Assembly: GCA_965656495.1 (NCBI GenBank)
Contig: CBFHKU010000009.1
Span: 18,098 to 82,097 of the forward strand
DNA length: 64,000 bases
Direction: 5' to 3'
Origin: Coraliomargaritaceae bacterium
Lineage (GTDB): Bacteria > Verrucomicrobiota > Verrucomicrobiia > Opitutales > Coraliomargaritaceae
Under the pieces are notes generated by a model, which saw only the letters and a list, made by a program, of their open reading frames with translations, was not told where the DNA came from and ran no database searches. Shown piece by piece: positions 43,870 to 51,689 of the stretch (its first letter is position 1; every line of letters starts with the position of its first letter). A program made the translations under genes and the position numbers.

Positions 43870-45345
43870 TCAGAAGGGCCAATACCATTTATTTTTTTCT
43901 ACATGTAGCGGTTGTAGCCCGGTCTTTGTTATAGGTTCTTCGCTTTCCGGTTCGGCGTCAAGTGTGGCATCGCCACTTTCCGTTTCGTTTTCGCCAATGG
44001 GGCTTTCTTCGCTCCAAAGGGGCCACCACCATGGATCGTTCGAGTAACCGGTTTCTCCGGTTCGATCTCCGGTCAAGAGCGCCTCGCCTGCTTCGCTTTT
44101 CTGGCGACTGAAAGGCCAGACCCAGTCGCCCGGGCCCGCTTTGCCCTGATCGTCGGGATTGATGCCGGCAGCCTGTGCGCGGGCAAGCAAGGTTTCGGCA
44201 AATGCTTTGCGCCCCGCTTGTAGGGTCGACAATTTTTCAGCTCCTTCGGGCGTCGCCGGGCGAATCCGGGTGGGTACACCGTCCAGTGGTTGGCCGGGCG
44301 CATAGCTGTAGTAAACGAAACCGCGACCGGCTGGACTCAGGATTTTTCGCATGCCGTCATCCCAGCGGAACATGACATTTTGACCGGAAAGGAGCCAGTC
44401 GCCGTGGAGGCTCCTATCGCGTGAGGTTTCCAGACCGCCGTATTTCCGGATTGTGATCCGTTCATAAATTTCGTCAGCATGTTGAATGAGCCACGTGCCG
44501 CGATAGAAATTGCGGGCATCCTTGCGGGAAGAAAAAATATAACCGCTGGGGGTTGCCTCTTGCTGAGCGCGGTAAGTATCGAGCCAGTCAGCGGGGGCGT
44601 TCTCGGTCGCGGTTCGGGCGATGGCGCGAAAGTCCCGGGGGGCGTCTTCGAGAATCATCCCGGCTGGAATGCGGGTGAAGTCATGACCTTTGGCGGCTTC
44701 GCGCAAGATGGAGTAATCCCCGTTTTCCCAGATCAAGTGCAGTTCGCTCCCCTGTTTTATCCAGGCACCGTGCAGGCCGCTTTCATCCGAGCCGCCCACA
44801 GTCGTGGCGGCACTGCGATCCGGGGAGACCATCACAAAAATTTTCTCTCCCGCAGCGGCTTCCATTTCCCATAATCCAAAGAAGGTATTTTCCAAGTCGG
44901 CAGCGTCTGCATCATCCCTCGCAGGCGGTTTGGCCCATTGCCCCAAGATACCATTGGGAATCGCTTTTGCAGTCAGACCTTTGGTTTCCTCGCCGGCAGT
45001 ATCAATGAAGGTAGCGACGAGATCAAAGGCACCTTGGCGAAAACGGTGCTCGGAACCATCGGGCCATTTCGCGGTGGCCACACCTTCAAGGGTGGACCAT
45101 TCCCCCTTGTAGACGGTTCGATCCGATCCTTTAGCTTGAAAATAAGAGGCCTCGCCGCTGGGCTTCAGGAGCACAATGACTGCTTCGCTTGTCTTGGAGG
45201 CCACCGCCCAGGAACCTTGAAAGGGATCTTTTTCGCTTTGGCCCGCTAGATTGGCTGTAGCGATCCAATTCAGGCTCAAGCAGACGAGAGCGTGGGATAG
45301 GCTCACCTTTGGGAAGGGTGGCAATTTCAAAAAAGGAATGCGCAT
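43870..45345 (-). CDS. exported hypothetical protein with three tandem GxW beta-rich (lipocalin-like) repeats
   Basis: Signal-like N-terminus; repeats begin FQGSW, FFGLW and YRGTW. Confidence 0.65.
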   Translation of the reverse strand: MRIPFLKLPPFPKVSLSHALVCLSLNWIATANLAGQSEKDPFQGSWAVASKTSEAVIVLLKPSGEASYFQAKGSDRTVYKGEWSTLEGVATAKWPDGSEHRFRQGAFDLVATFIDTAGEETKGLTAKAIPNGILGQWAKPPARDDADAADLENTFFGLWEMEAAAGEKIFVMVSPDRSAATTVGGSDESGLHGAWIKQGSELHLIWENGDYSILREAAKGHDFTRIPAGMILEDAPRDFRAIARTATENAPADWLDTYRAQQEATPSGYIFSSRKDARNFYRGTWLIQHADEIYERITIRKYGGLETSRDRSLHGDWLLSGQNVMFRWDDGMRKILSPAGRGFVYYSYAPGQPLDGVPTRIRPATPEGAEKLSTLQAGRKAFAETLLARAQAAGINPDDQGKAGPGDWVWPFSRQKSEAGEALLTGDRTGETGYSNDPWWWPLWSEESPIGENETESGDATLDAEPESEEPITKTGLQPLHVEKNKWYWPF

Positions 45346-45403
45346 CGTATTGGAATATTTTTAGGGTACGGATTGCGCAAGTCCGTAATGCATGCCTGTG
45401 GGA

Positions 45404-46180
45404 TTAAAGGCAGCCGATACGTGAAAAATCCAAGCGACTGCGGCTGATGCATCCGCGTTCCAGTACGGCGCGGTCGCTGCGTGGATTATTTTCAATGTTC
45501 CTGCCTTCACTAAAGCGAAAACGAAAACTGCCCGAGCCGCAGGGTTCATAGAGCGATCCCAGTTGCACTTTGGCGGGCACGGTTTCTTCGAGGAGGGTTT
45601 CAGCGGTGGTGTGCTCCGGGAAGTTGACGTTGATGACCTGTCCGGCGGGCGGCGGCGCGGCGAGCAATTCCGTAGTGAGGCGGGCGGCATGCTGTGCGGC
45701 GGCGGCCTGCGAAGCCGCAAAGCTACCTTTCGTTTGTCCTTTGGAATCACGAATCGCCTCGAAGTCAGCAAACGGAACGCATTGACTGAAGGCGATTGCG
45801 GGCAAGCCCCACTGCGCCCCCTCCATCGCACCCGCCACCGTGCCCGAACTGAGAATCAGGCATTCGGTCGTGTTGTAGCCAATGTTGATCCCTGAAACAA
45901 CCGCATCGGCCGGGTGCTCCAGCAAATGCCCCATCGCGATGTTGACGCAATCGGTGGGGGTTCCGTTGATTGCCCAGGCGCTTACCTCGGCGGGGAAATG
46001 GGCGGCCCCGCACAGGACTTCAATTTCCTTGTGTCGGCTGATGGCGCGACCGATCCAGCTCTGTTCAAAGGCAGGGGCGGCGACTGAGACCCGGAAATCC
46101 GGCACGAGCGCCGCTACCAGACGGTGCAGAAACGCGGATTCGATCCCATCGTCATTGGTTATTAATAGATGTGGTTTCAT
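45404..46180 (-). CDS. surE: 5'/3'-nucleotidase SurE
   Basis: [37 protein letters not shown]. Confidence 0.95.
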   Translation of the reverse strand: MKPHLLITNDDGIESAFLHRLVAALVPDFRVSVAAPAFEQSWIGRAISRHKEIEVLCGAAHFPAEVSAWAINGTPTDCVNIAMGHLLEHPADAVVSGINIGYNTTECLILSSGTVAGAMEGAQWGLPAIAFSQCVPFADFEAIRDSKGQTKGSFAASQAAAAQHAARLTTELLAAPPPAGQVINVNFPEHTTAETLLEETVPAKVQLGSLYEPCGSGSFRFRFSEGRNIENNPRSDRAVLERGCISRSRLDFSRIGCL

Positions 46181-46215
46181 TGCGGGTGGGTTCAGTAGCT
46201 GTGTTCAGCTCGGGT

Positions 46216-46680
46216 TCAAAGCCCTGTAGGGCGTGCCAGCACCTCCGGCGGGGCGGGGCAGATGCGTTCCCGTACCTCAGCTGGCAATTCCATACTCCGC
46301 AACTCCCCAGAGGGTAAACGCTCGGCGTGAATGGTGGTCAGGTGTCCCTTGCCCGCCTGCGTGCGGCTGCCGTCCTCGTTCAAACGAAAGATGCGAAAGC
46401 GGAAATCGAGGGATCGATCCTTGACCGCGACCACCGCGAGATGGATTTCAATCGTGTCTCCAAAATACAAGGGGGCCGAAAATTTGCACTCGGCTCGGGT
46501 ACGGGGCCAGCCGCGCAAGGGGCCCGCGCCCGTTTGGATCAAATCCAGCCCCGCTGCTTCAAAGAAGTCCCGCTCCGCGCTTTCCATATAGCGAAAGTAG
46601 TTCGAGAAATGCACCAAGCCCGCCATGTCGGTCTCGGAAAACTCTATTTTTCGGGTGGTTCGTTGCTCGTAATGCGCCAT
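46216..46680 (-). CDS. acyl-CoA thioesterase (4HBT/YbgC hot-dog fold)
   Basis: [25 protein letters not shown] at 46680. Confidence 0.9.
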   Translation of the reverse strand: MAHYEQRTTRKIEFSETDMAGLVHFSNYFRYMESAERDFFEAAGLDLIQTGAGPLRGWPRTRAECKFSAPLYFGDTIEIHLAVVAVKDRSLDFRFRIFRLNEDGSRTQAGKGHLTTIHAERLPSGELRSMELPAEVRERICPAPPEVLARPTGL

Positions 46681-46805
46681 CGAAGGCAAAAAAATCAATA
46701 ATTTACTTAAAAGCAAGAACCGCTTCGCCTTCACGATCCCAAATACCAATCAACCCGCTTGTTTTCTACAATTAGGTGACAATTTGAATCGGATTGTGAA
46801 TAGAT

Positions 46806-46814
46806 TGTGGATAA
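46806..46814 (-). promoter_or_regulatory. perfect DnaA box (TTATCCACA) with an adjacent near-consensus copy at 46795-46803
   Basis: + strand TGTGGATAA at 46806-46814 and TGTGAATAG at 46795-46803, in an AT-rich intergenic region. Confidence 0.45.
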
Positions 46815-46915
46815 GTATTTGTGACATTTTGACGCTATTTTTACCTTGTTTTAAGGAGTTAGAGTGTTTTTTTCTTGTCAGATTGGTGTTTTTAAGAAAC
46901 AAACTCGTATCTTTT

Positions 46916-47425
46916 ATGCGTATTAGCCCTATTAATACCGCCTTACTGTTAACCCCTGCATTGCTTCTCAGCACCGCAGTAGGGGCAGGCGACTCACCCT
47001 CTCTTGAAGCGCGCATCACCAGCCTTGAAGTGCGTCTTGCTGCGCTCGAGCAACGCCTCGCCACCAACGAGAAGGCCACCGAGACCGCGCAGATCATGGC
47101 GGTATCAGGCGGTGTGGGCAATTCCCTCTCCAACAGCGCGGCGCTCGACATCATGGCAAATAGTGCGTGGCGCAACCTGCGCTGGACGCGTCCGGTACAA
47201 TGGCAGGGCGTGGTGCCGGGTATCACCGAGGCCGAGGTGATCAAATTTCTCGGCGAGCCGCCCCGCTCGGTCAAATCCCTCAAGCCCCGCGTCGATAAAG
47301 TCTTTTATTACGAAACCAGTCTCGGTGACCAAAGCAATGCCCTCAGTGGACGCATCAGCTTCCGGGAGGGAAAAGTTATCGAGGTTCGTAAACCCAATTT
47401 TCAGACCAAGGAAACCGCGCAGTAG
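46916..47425 (+). CDS. exported hypothetical protein (coiled coil plus SmpA/BamE-like motif)
   Basis: Signal peptide, heptads LEARITSLEVRLAALEQRL, then PGITEAEVIKFLGEP. Confidence 0.65.
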   Translation: MRISPINTALLLTPALLLSTAVGAGDSPSLEARITSLEVRLAALEQRLATNEKATETAQIMAVSGGVGNSLSNSAALDIMANSAWRNLRWTRPVQWQGVVPGITEAEVIKFLGEPPRSVKSLKPRVDKVFYYETSLGDQSNALSGRISFREGKVIEVRKPNFQTKETAQ

Positions 47426-47476
47426 CGCCGTTTAACCGGGTTCGAAACAAGCAAACTAACACAACTACATATATAT

Positions 47477-48376
47477 ATGAAAAAACAAATTGCTATCGCA
47501 TCTGCAATTCTTGCAGCTACTAGCTACTCCTTCGCGGAGATCGCCTTGACTGAGTCGCTCTCAGTGGAAGGTTTCGTGGATATGTCCTATTCGGACTCCG
47601 ACAATGGGGAAAGCCGCATTGGTATCGATCAAGTCGAGTTCGACTTCCTCTTCAACGCTGGTGCGGTTTCCGCTCAGGTTGATGTACAGTATGAAGGCGA
47701 CAATGACGGCAATGGTCAAGATGATGGTACTTTCATCGAGCAAGCCTTCGTCACATACGACCTTGGCAACGGCGCTGCCCTCACTGCAGGACGTTTCGCT
47801 TCTCAACTTGGTTTTGAAGCTTTCGAGCCCACTGGTCTCTATCAGTATTCTCTTGCATATGCCAACACTGCGCTTCCCGGCTATGACCAAGGTGTGAAAT
47901 ACACCAACGGTTCATTCGGCATCGCTATTGTTGACGAAGCTGGTGACGATCAAATCGGCGACGGCAGCGACTACTCCATTGAAGTTGCTTACTCAACCGA
48001 CCTTGGTAACGGCCTCGGTGCTTTCCTTGGCGGTCGCTACAATTCTGTTGATACTGGCGACGACCAATTCGTGATCGACGCCTACCTCACCTACGAAACC
48101 GGCGCATGGCTCTTCGCAGCTGAAGTTGTTCACGCCGATGACGGCGACGACGTTGACACCTCTGCTCTTGCAATGGCTAACTACAGCTACAGCGACGCAG
48201 CTTCGGTAACCGCTCGTTACAGCGTTGAAGACGGTTCTGATACCTCCAAGATCACTCTTGCTCACAACTACGCTCTTGCTGACAACCTCGCGCTCATCGC
48301 CGAAGTTAGCTCGGTTGACGTAGACGGTGATGACGAGGACATCCAGTCTGCAGTTGAACTGCTCTTCACCTTCTAA
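47477..48376 (+). CDS. outer-membrane beta-barrel porin
   Basis: Signal peptide, amphipathic beta strands, IEQAFVTY, TAGRF...GFE, C-terminal VELLFTF; codon usage suggests high expression. Confidence 0.88.
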   Translation: MKKQIAIASAILAATSYSFAEIALTESLSVEGFVDMSYSDSDNGESRIGIDQVEFDFLFNAGAVSAQVDVQYEGDNDGNGQDDGTFIEQAFVTYDLGNGAALTAGRFASQLGFEAFEPTGLYQYSLAYANTALPGYDQGVKYTNGSFGIAIVDEAGDDQIGDGSDYSIEVAYSTDLGNGLGAFLGGRYNSVDTGDDQFVIDAYLTYETGAWLFAAEVVHADDGDDVDTSALAMANYSYSDAASVTARYSVEDGSDTSKITLAHNYALADNLALIAEVSSVDVDGDDEDIQSAVELLFTF

Positions 48377-48400
48377 TTCGGTTTAACTGAATTTTTCTTT

Positions 48401-48433
48401 AAGCCCCGTGGTCATCCGGCCACGGGGCTTTTT
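48401..48433 (+). terminator. intrinsic terminator of the porin transcript
   Basis: AAGCCCCGTGG / CCACGGGGCTT perfect 11-bp stem followed by TTT. Confidence 0.88.
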
Positions 48434-48455
48434 GTTGTATGCTGGGTCTACAGAC

Positions 48456-48490
48456 TTGACCGCCCGGAAAATGGCATCATGATGCATTTT
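48456..48490 (+). promoter_or_regulatory. vapBC promoter with palindromic operator
   Basis: TTGACC (48456-48461) and CATGAT (48478-48483); perfect palindrome GCATCATGATGC at 48474-48485. Confidence 0.6.
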
Positions 48491-48757
48491 ATGCGGACGA
48501 CCCTCAACATCAATGATGCCTTGCTGCGGGAATTAAAGCACCGCGCCCGCGAGGAGCGGCGACCTCTGACGAAGGTGGTCAATGAGGTTTTGCAGCGTGG
48601 TCTTGGGCATGCCCCCCAGAAGCGTCCGGTCGTGAAACTGCCTGTTTTCGATTTGAAAATCAAGGATGCCTATCGCGGCATGAGTCTCAATCAACTCTAT
48701 GATCAGTTGGAGGCGGAACCTAATGATCCGGCTTTGGGTGCAGTTGCGGAGGAATGA
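48491..48757 (+). CDS. vapB: VapB-type RHH antitoxin
   Basis: MRTTLNINDALL..LK..A.......VVNE.L..GL; ATGA overlap with the PIN gene. Confidence 0.85.
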   Translation: MRTTLNINDALLRELKHRAREERRPLTKVVNEVLQRGLGHAPQKRPVVKLPVFDLKIKDAYRGMSLNQLYDQLEAEPNDPALGAVAEE

Positions 48758-49182
48758 TTTTACCGGACGTCAATCTACTGGTTTACGCGCACGATGCCAG
48801 CACCCCGGAGCACTCAAGGGCGCGGCGCTGGTGGACCTCGGCGCTCAGCGGTGAGGAGCCGATCGTGATTCCCTGGGTGGTGTTGCTCGCTTTTGTTCGT
48901 TTGAGCACCCACCCCCAGGTTTGCCGGAATCCGGTGGGGGTTGCCGAAGCGCGTGGAGTAGTGGAGAGCTGGCTCCGTCAACCACAGGTGCGGGTCGGGC
49001 AACTCTCGCAGGAAGCCCTCCCGGTCTTTTTTGATTTATTGGAGGCGAGCGGTCAGGGGGGCAATCTCAGCACCGACGCCTGTATCGCGACTCACGCCCG
49101 GGAGTATTCCGCCACAATTTATACCAATGACCGCGACTTTGAACGTTTCCCCGGAATCAAATGCGTCAACCCGCTTCGCTAA
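48754..49182 (+). CDS. vapC: VapC PIN-domain ribonuclease toxin
   Basis: ILPDVNLLVYA, TDACIA, YTNDRDFERFPG...NP. Confidence 0.92.
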   Translation: MILPDVNLLVYAHDASTPEHSRARRWWTSALSGEEPIVIPWVVLLAFVRLSTHPQVCRNPVGVAEARGVVESWLRQPQVRVGQLSQEALPVFFDLLEASGQGGNLSTDACIATHAREYSATIYTNDRDFERFPGIKCVNPLR

Positions 49183-49261
49183 AAAGAGACTCCCTGAAGG
49201 CTGAAGCTCAAAAGCGCGCTTGCCACGCGTGGTACCCTTGCCCTATCGATAGTGTCAAAAT

Positions 49262-50488
49262 ATGAAAATCGTACTCGCATACTCGGGAGGGCTCGACACC
49301 TCCGTTCTCGTCAGTTGGCTCAAGGAGCATTACTCCGCTGAGATCATTACCTTTGCGGCGGATGTCGGACAGGAGGAGGAACTCGACGGCCTCGAGGAAA
49401 AAGCGAAGGCCACCGGCGCGAGCAAGCACTACACCCTCGACCTCGTGGAGGAATTCGCCGCCGATTTCATCTATCCGATGTTGCGCGCCAACGCCATCTA
49501 TGAAGGCCAATATTTATTGGGCACCTCCATTGCCCGCCCCCTCATTGCAAAGGCGCAAATCGAAATCGCGGAGCGCGAGGGCGCCGACGCGGTGGCACAT
49601 GGCGCGACGGGGAAGGGAAACGATCAGGTGCGCTTCGAATTAACCTACGGCGCACTCGCCCCGCAGGTGCAGATTATTTCACCTTGGCGCATGCCGATTT
49701 TCCGGGAAGCCTTCCCCGGACGCACCGAGATGATCGACTATTGCCGCGAGCAAAAAATTGACGTGGAGGCGAGCGCCTCGAAGCCCTACTCAATGGATCG
49801 CAACCTCCTCCATATTTCCTACGAGGCCGGTATTTTGGAAGATCCCTGGTTTGATCCCACCACCGAAGACAACAAGGGGATGTATAAACTCACCACCGCC
49901 CCGGAGGATGCCCCCGACGAAGCGGAATACGTGGAGCTTGATTTTGAACAGGGCAACTGCGTCGCGGTCAACGGGGTCGCCATGAATCCCGCCCAGGTGA
50001 TGCGTCACCTCAATGCCCTCGCCGGAAAACACGGGGTGGGGCGCGTCGACATCGTCGAAAACCGATTTGTCGGGATGAAAAGTCGCGGGGTTTACGAAAC
50101 CCCCGCCGGCACGATTCTCCTGCACGCGCACCGCAATATGGAGACCCTCACGATGGACCGCGACCTCATGCATCTGCGCGACAGCTTGATTCCGCGTTAC
50201 GCCCAGCTCATCTACAACGGCTTCTGGTATGCCCCCGAGCGCGAGGCCCTGCAGGCCCTCATCGACGATTCGCAAAAGACCGTCACCGGAACGGTACGTC
50301 TCAAACTCTACAAGGGTAACCTCACCACCGTCGGTCGCAAATCCCCGCTCTCCCTCTACGATGAAGACATCGCTTCGATGGAAGGAGTCGCCAGCGACTA
50401 CAACCCCGATGACGCCAGCGGCTTCATTCGCCTCAATGCCTTACGGCTTCGCCGCCGCGCCGAGTCGCAGGGCGGACCGGAACTGTAG
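49262..50488 (+). CDS. argG: argininosuccinate synthase
   Basis: [48 protein letters not shown]. Confidence 0.98.
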   Translation: MKIVLAYSGGLDTSVLVSWLKEHYSAEIITFAADVGQEEELDGLEEKAKATGASKHYTLDLVEEFAADFIYPMLRANAIYEGQYLLGTSIARPLIAKAQIEIAEREGADAVAHGATGKGNDQVRFELTYGALAPQVQIISPWRMPIFREAFPGRTEMIDYCREQKIDVEASASKPYSMDRNLLHISYEAGILEDPWFDPTTEDNKGMYKLTTAPEDAPDEAEYVELDFEQGNCVAVNGVAMNPAQVMRHLNALAGKHGVGRVDIVENRFVGMKSRGVYETPAGTILLHAHRNMETLTMDRDLMHLRDSLIPRYAQLIYNGFWYAPEREALQALIDDSQKTVTGTVRLKLYKGNLTTVGRKSPLSLYDEDIASMEGVASDYNPDDASGFIRLNALRLRRRAESQGGPEL

Positions 50489-50510
50489 TTGCGTCTCCGG
50501 GCGATGTTTC

Positions 50511-50859
50511 GTGGAAGCGACAATCGTGTCGCTTTGGGAGCGAGGCGTGGAAAAGCGGCAGGATTGCCGCTTCCACGGGCGGCGCTTTGGGTGCGAGGTG
50601 TTTTTGTGGAAGCGACAATCGTGTCGCTTTGTGTGTAAGGCGTGAAAAAGCGGCAGGATTGCCGCTTCCACGGGTGCCGCTTTGCGTGAGAGGTGTTTTT
50701 GTGGAAGCGACACTCTTGTCGCTTTGTGTGAAAGGCGTGGAAAAGCGGCAGGATTGCCGCTTCCACGGGCGGTGCGTCCACGGGTTGTGTTATGTGGAAG
50801 CGACACTCTTGTCGCTTTGTGTGAAAGGCGTGGAAAAGCGGCAGGATTGCCGCTTCTAC
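50511..50859. repeat. BIME/REPIN-like array of four ~95-bp units, each with two convergent REP hairpins
   Basis: REP-A GTGG-AAGCGACA-N4-TGTCGCTT (+) at 50511, 50606, 50701, 50794; REP-B GT(G/A)G-AAGCGGCA-ATCC-TGCCGCTT (-) at 50553-50576, 50648-50671, 50743-50766, 50836-50859. Confidence 0.92.
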
Positions 50860-50917
50860 GGGCGGTGCTTCCACGGGTGCCGCTTTGTGTGTACTCCCTC
50901 AGTTCTATCTTCTGAAT

Positions 50918-51526
50918 TTAAATAGTATGGTTTGAGATATACCGCCGGATTTTTTCTAGAGCTTCAGGCGTGCGCACGATTTGATCATAGCTTTCTTTCT
51001 GCCATAGTGTACCGCTGCGTTTGAGGATGCGGTTAATCTTTCGGGCACTGATGCCTTTCCATGTCTTGAGTATTTTTGAAAGTGAATTATCGATTCCCGG
51101 TGCTACAAGAACATGCACATGGTTGGCCGCAATGACGTAAGTGTCGATTTGATACCTTACTCCGTCATGATACTCTAAGCACTCAGCCAAAGTTTTTCTG
51201 AGCTCCTTGTTTTTTAAAAGGCACGTGCCGTGCGATTGATCCAGCCAACGCTCCACTTTGTGTTTAAAATGATTTAAATATTCCTGCGTTTGATGATTAC
51301 TCCAAGGTTTTGGATTTTTGGAAAGCCAAGAACGGTGTTGGGAATTCCAGTTTCGCAACTTTATTGAGGGGATTGAATCTGCGAGGCGAAAGGTTACAAA
51401 ATACAGACAGTTGTTTTGTTGCCAGTGCGGCAGATTCGAGCGGCGCATATCAATATGTTTATTAGGGTCGAGGAAGACAAAGTCTTTACCGGGAGTCAGT
51501 GCAGCGATTTTTGGTTTTTTATTCAT
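50918..51526 (-). mobile_element. REP-associated tyrosine transposase (RAYT, HUH/Y1 family)
   Basis: LPHW....LYFVTFRLADS, NHVH (HUH), LSKILKTWKG.SAR.IN, LWQKESYDQIVR, RYI (catalytic Tyr); flanked by REPs; ATG at 51526. Confidence 0.9.
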
Positions 51527-51545
51527 GGAGTTGTCGGGTTGCTTT

Positions 51546-51668
51546 GTGGAAGCGACACTCTTGTCGCTTTGCGTGTGAGAGGCGTGAAAAAGCGGCAGGA
51601 TTGCCGCTTCTACGGGTGTCGCTTTGGATGCGAGGCGGTGTTTCGTGGAAGCGACAATCGTGTCGCTT
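51546..51668. repeat. REP cluster upstream of the RAYT gene (A-B-A)
   Basis: REP-A at 51546-51569 and 51645-51668; REP-B (GTAG form) at 51590-51613. Confidence 0.9.
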
Positions 51669-51689
51669 TGCATGCATGGAGTTTTTTCA

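Noticed and set aside
50511..50859. Regularly spaced palindromic repeats resembling a CRISPR array
   Set aside because: The spacers are similar to each other, two repeat classes alternate in opposite orientation, there are no cas genes, and a RAYT is adjacent, so these are REP/BIME units
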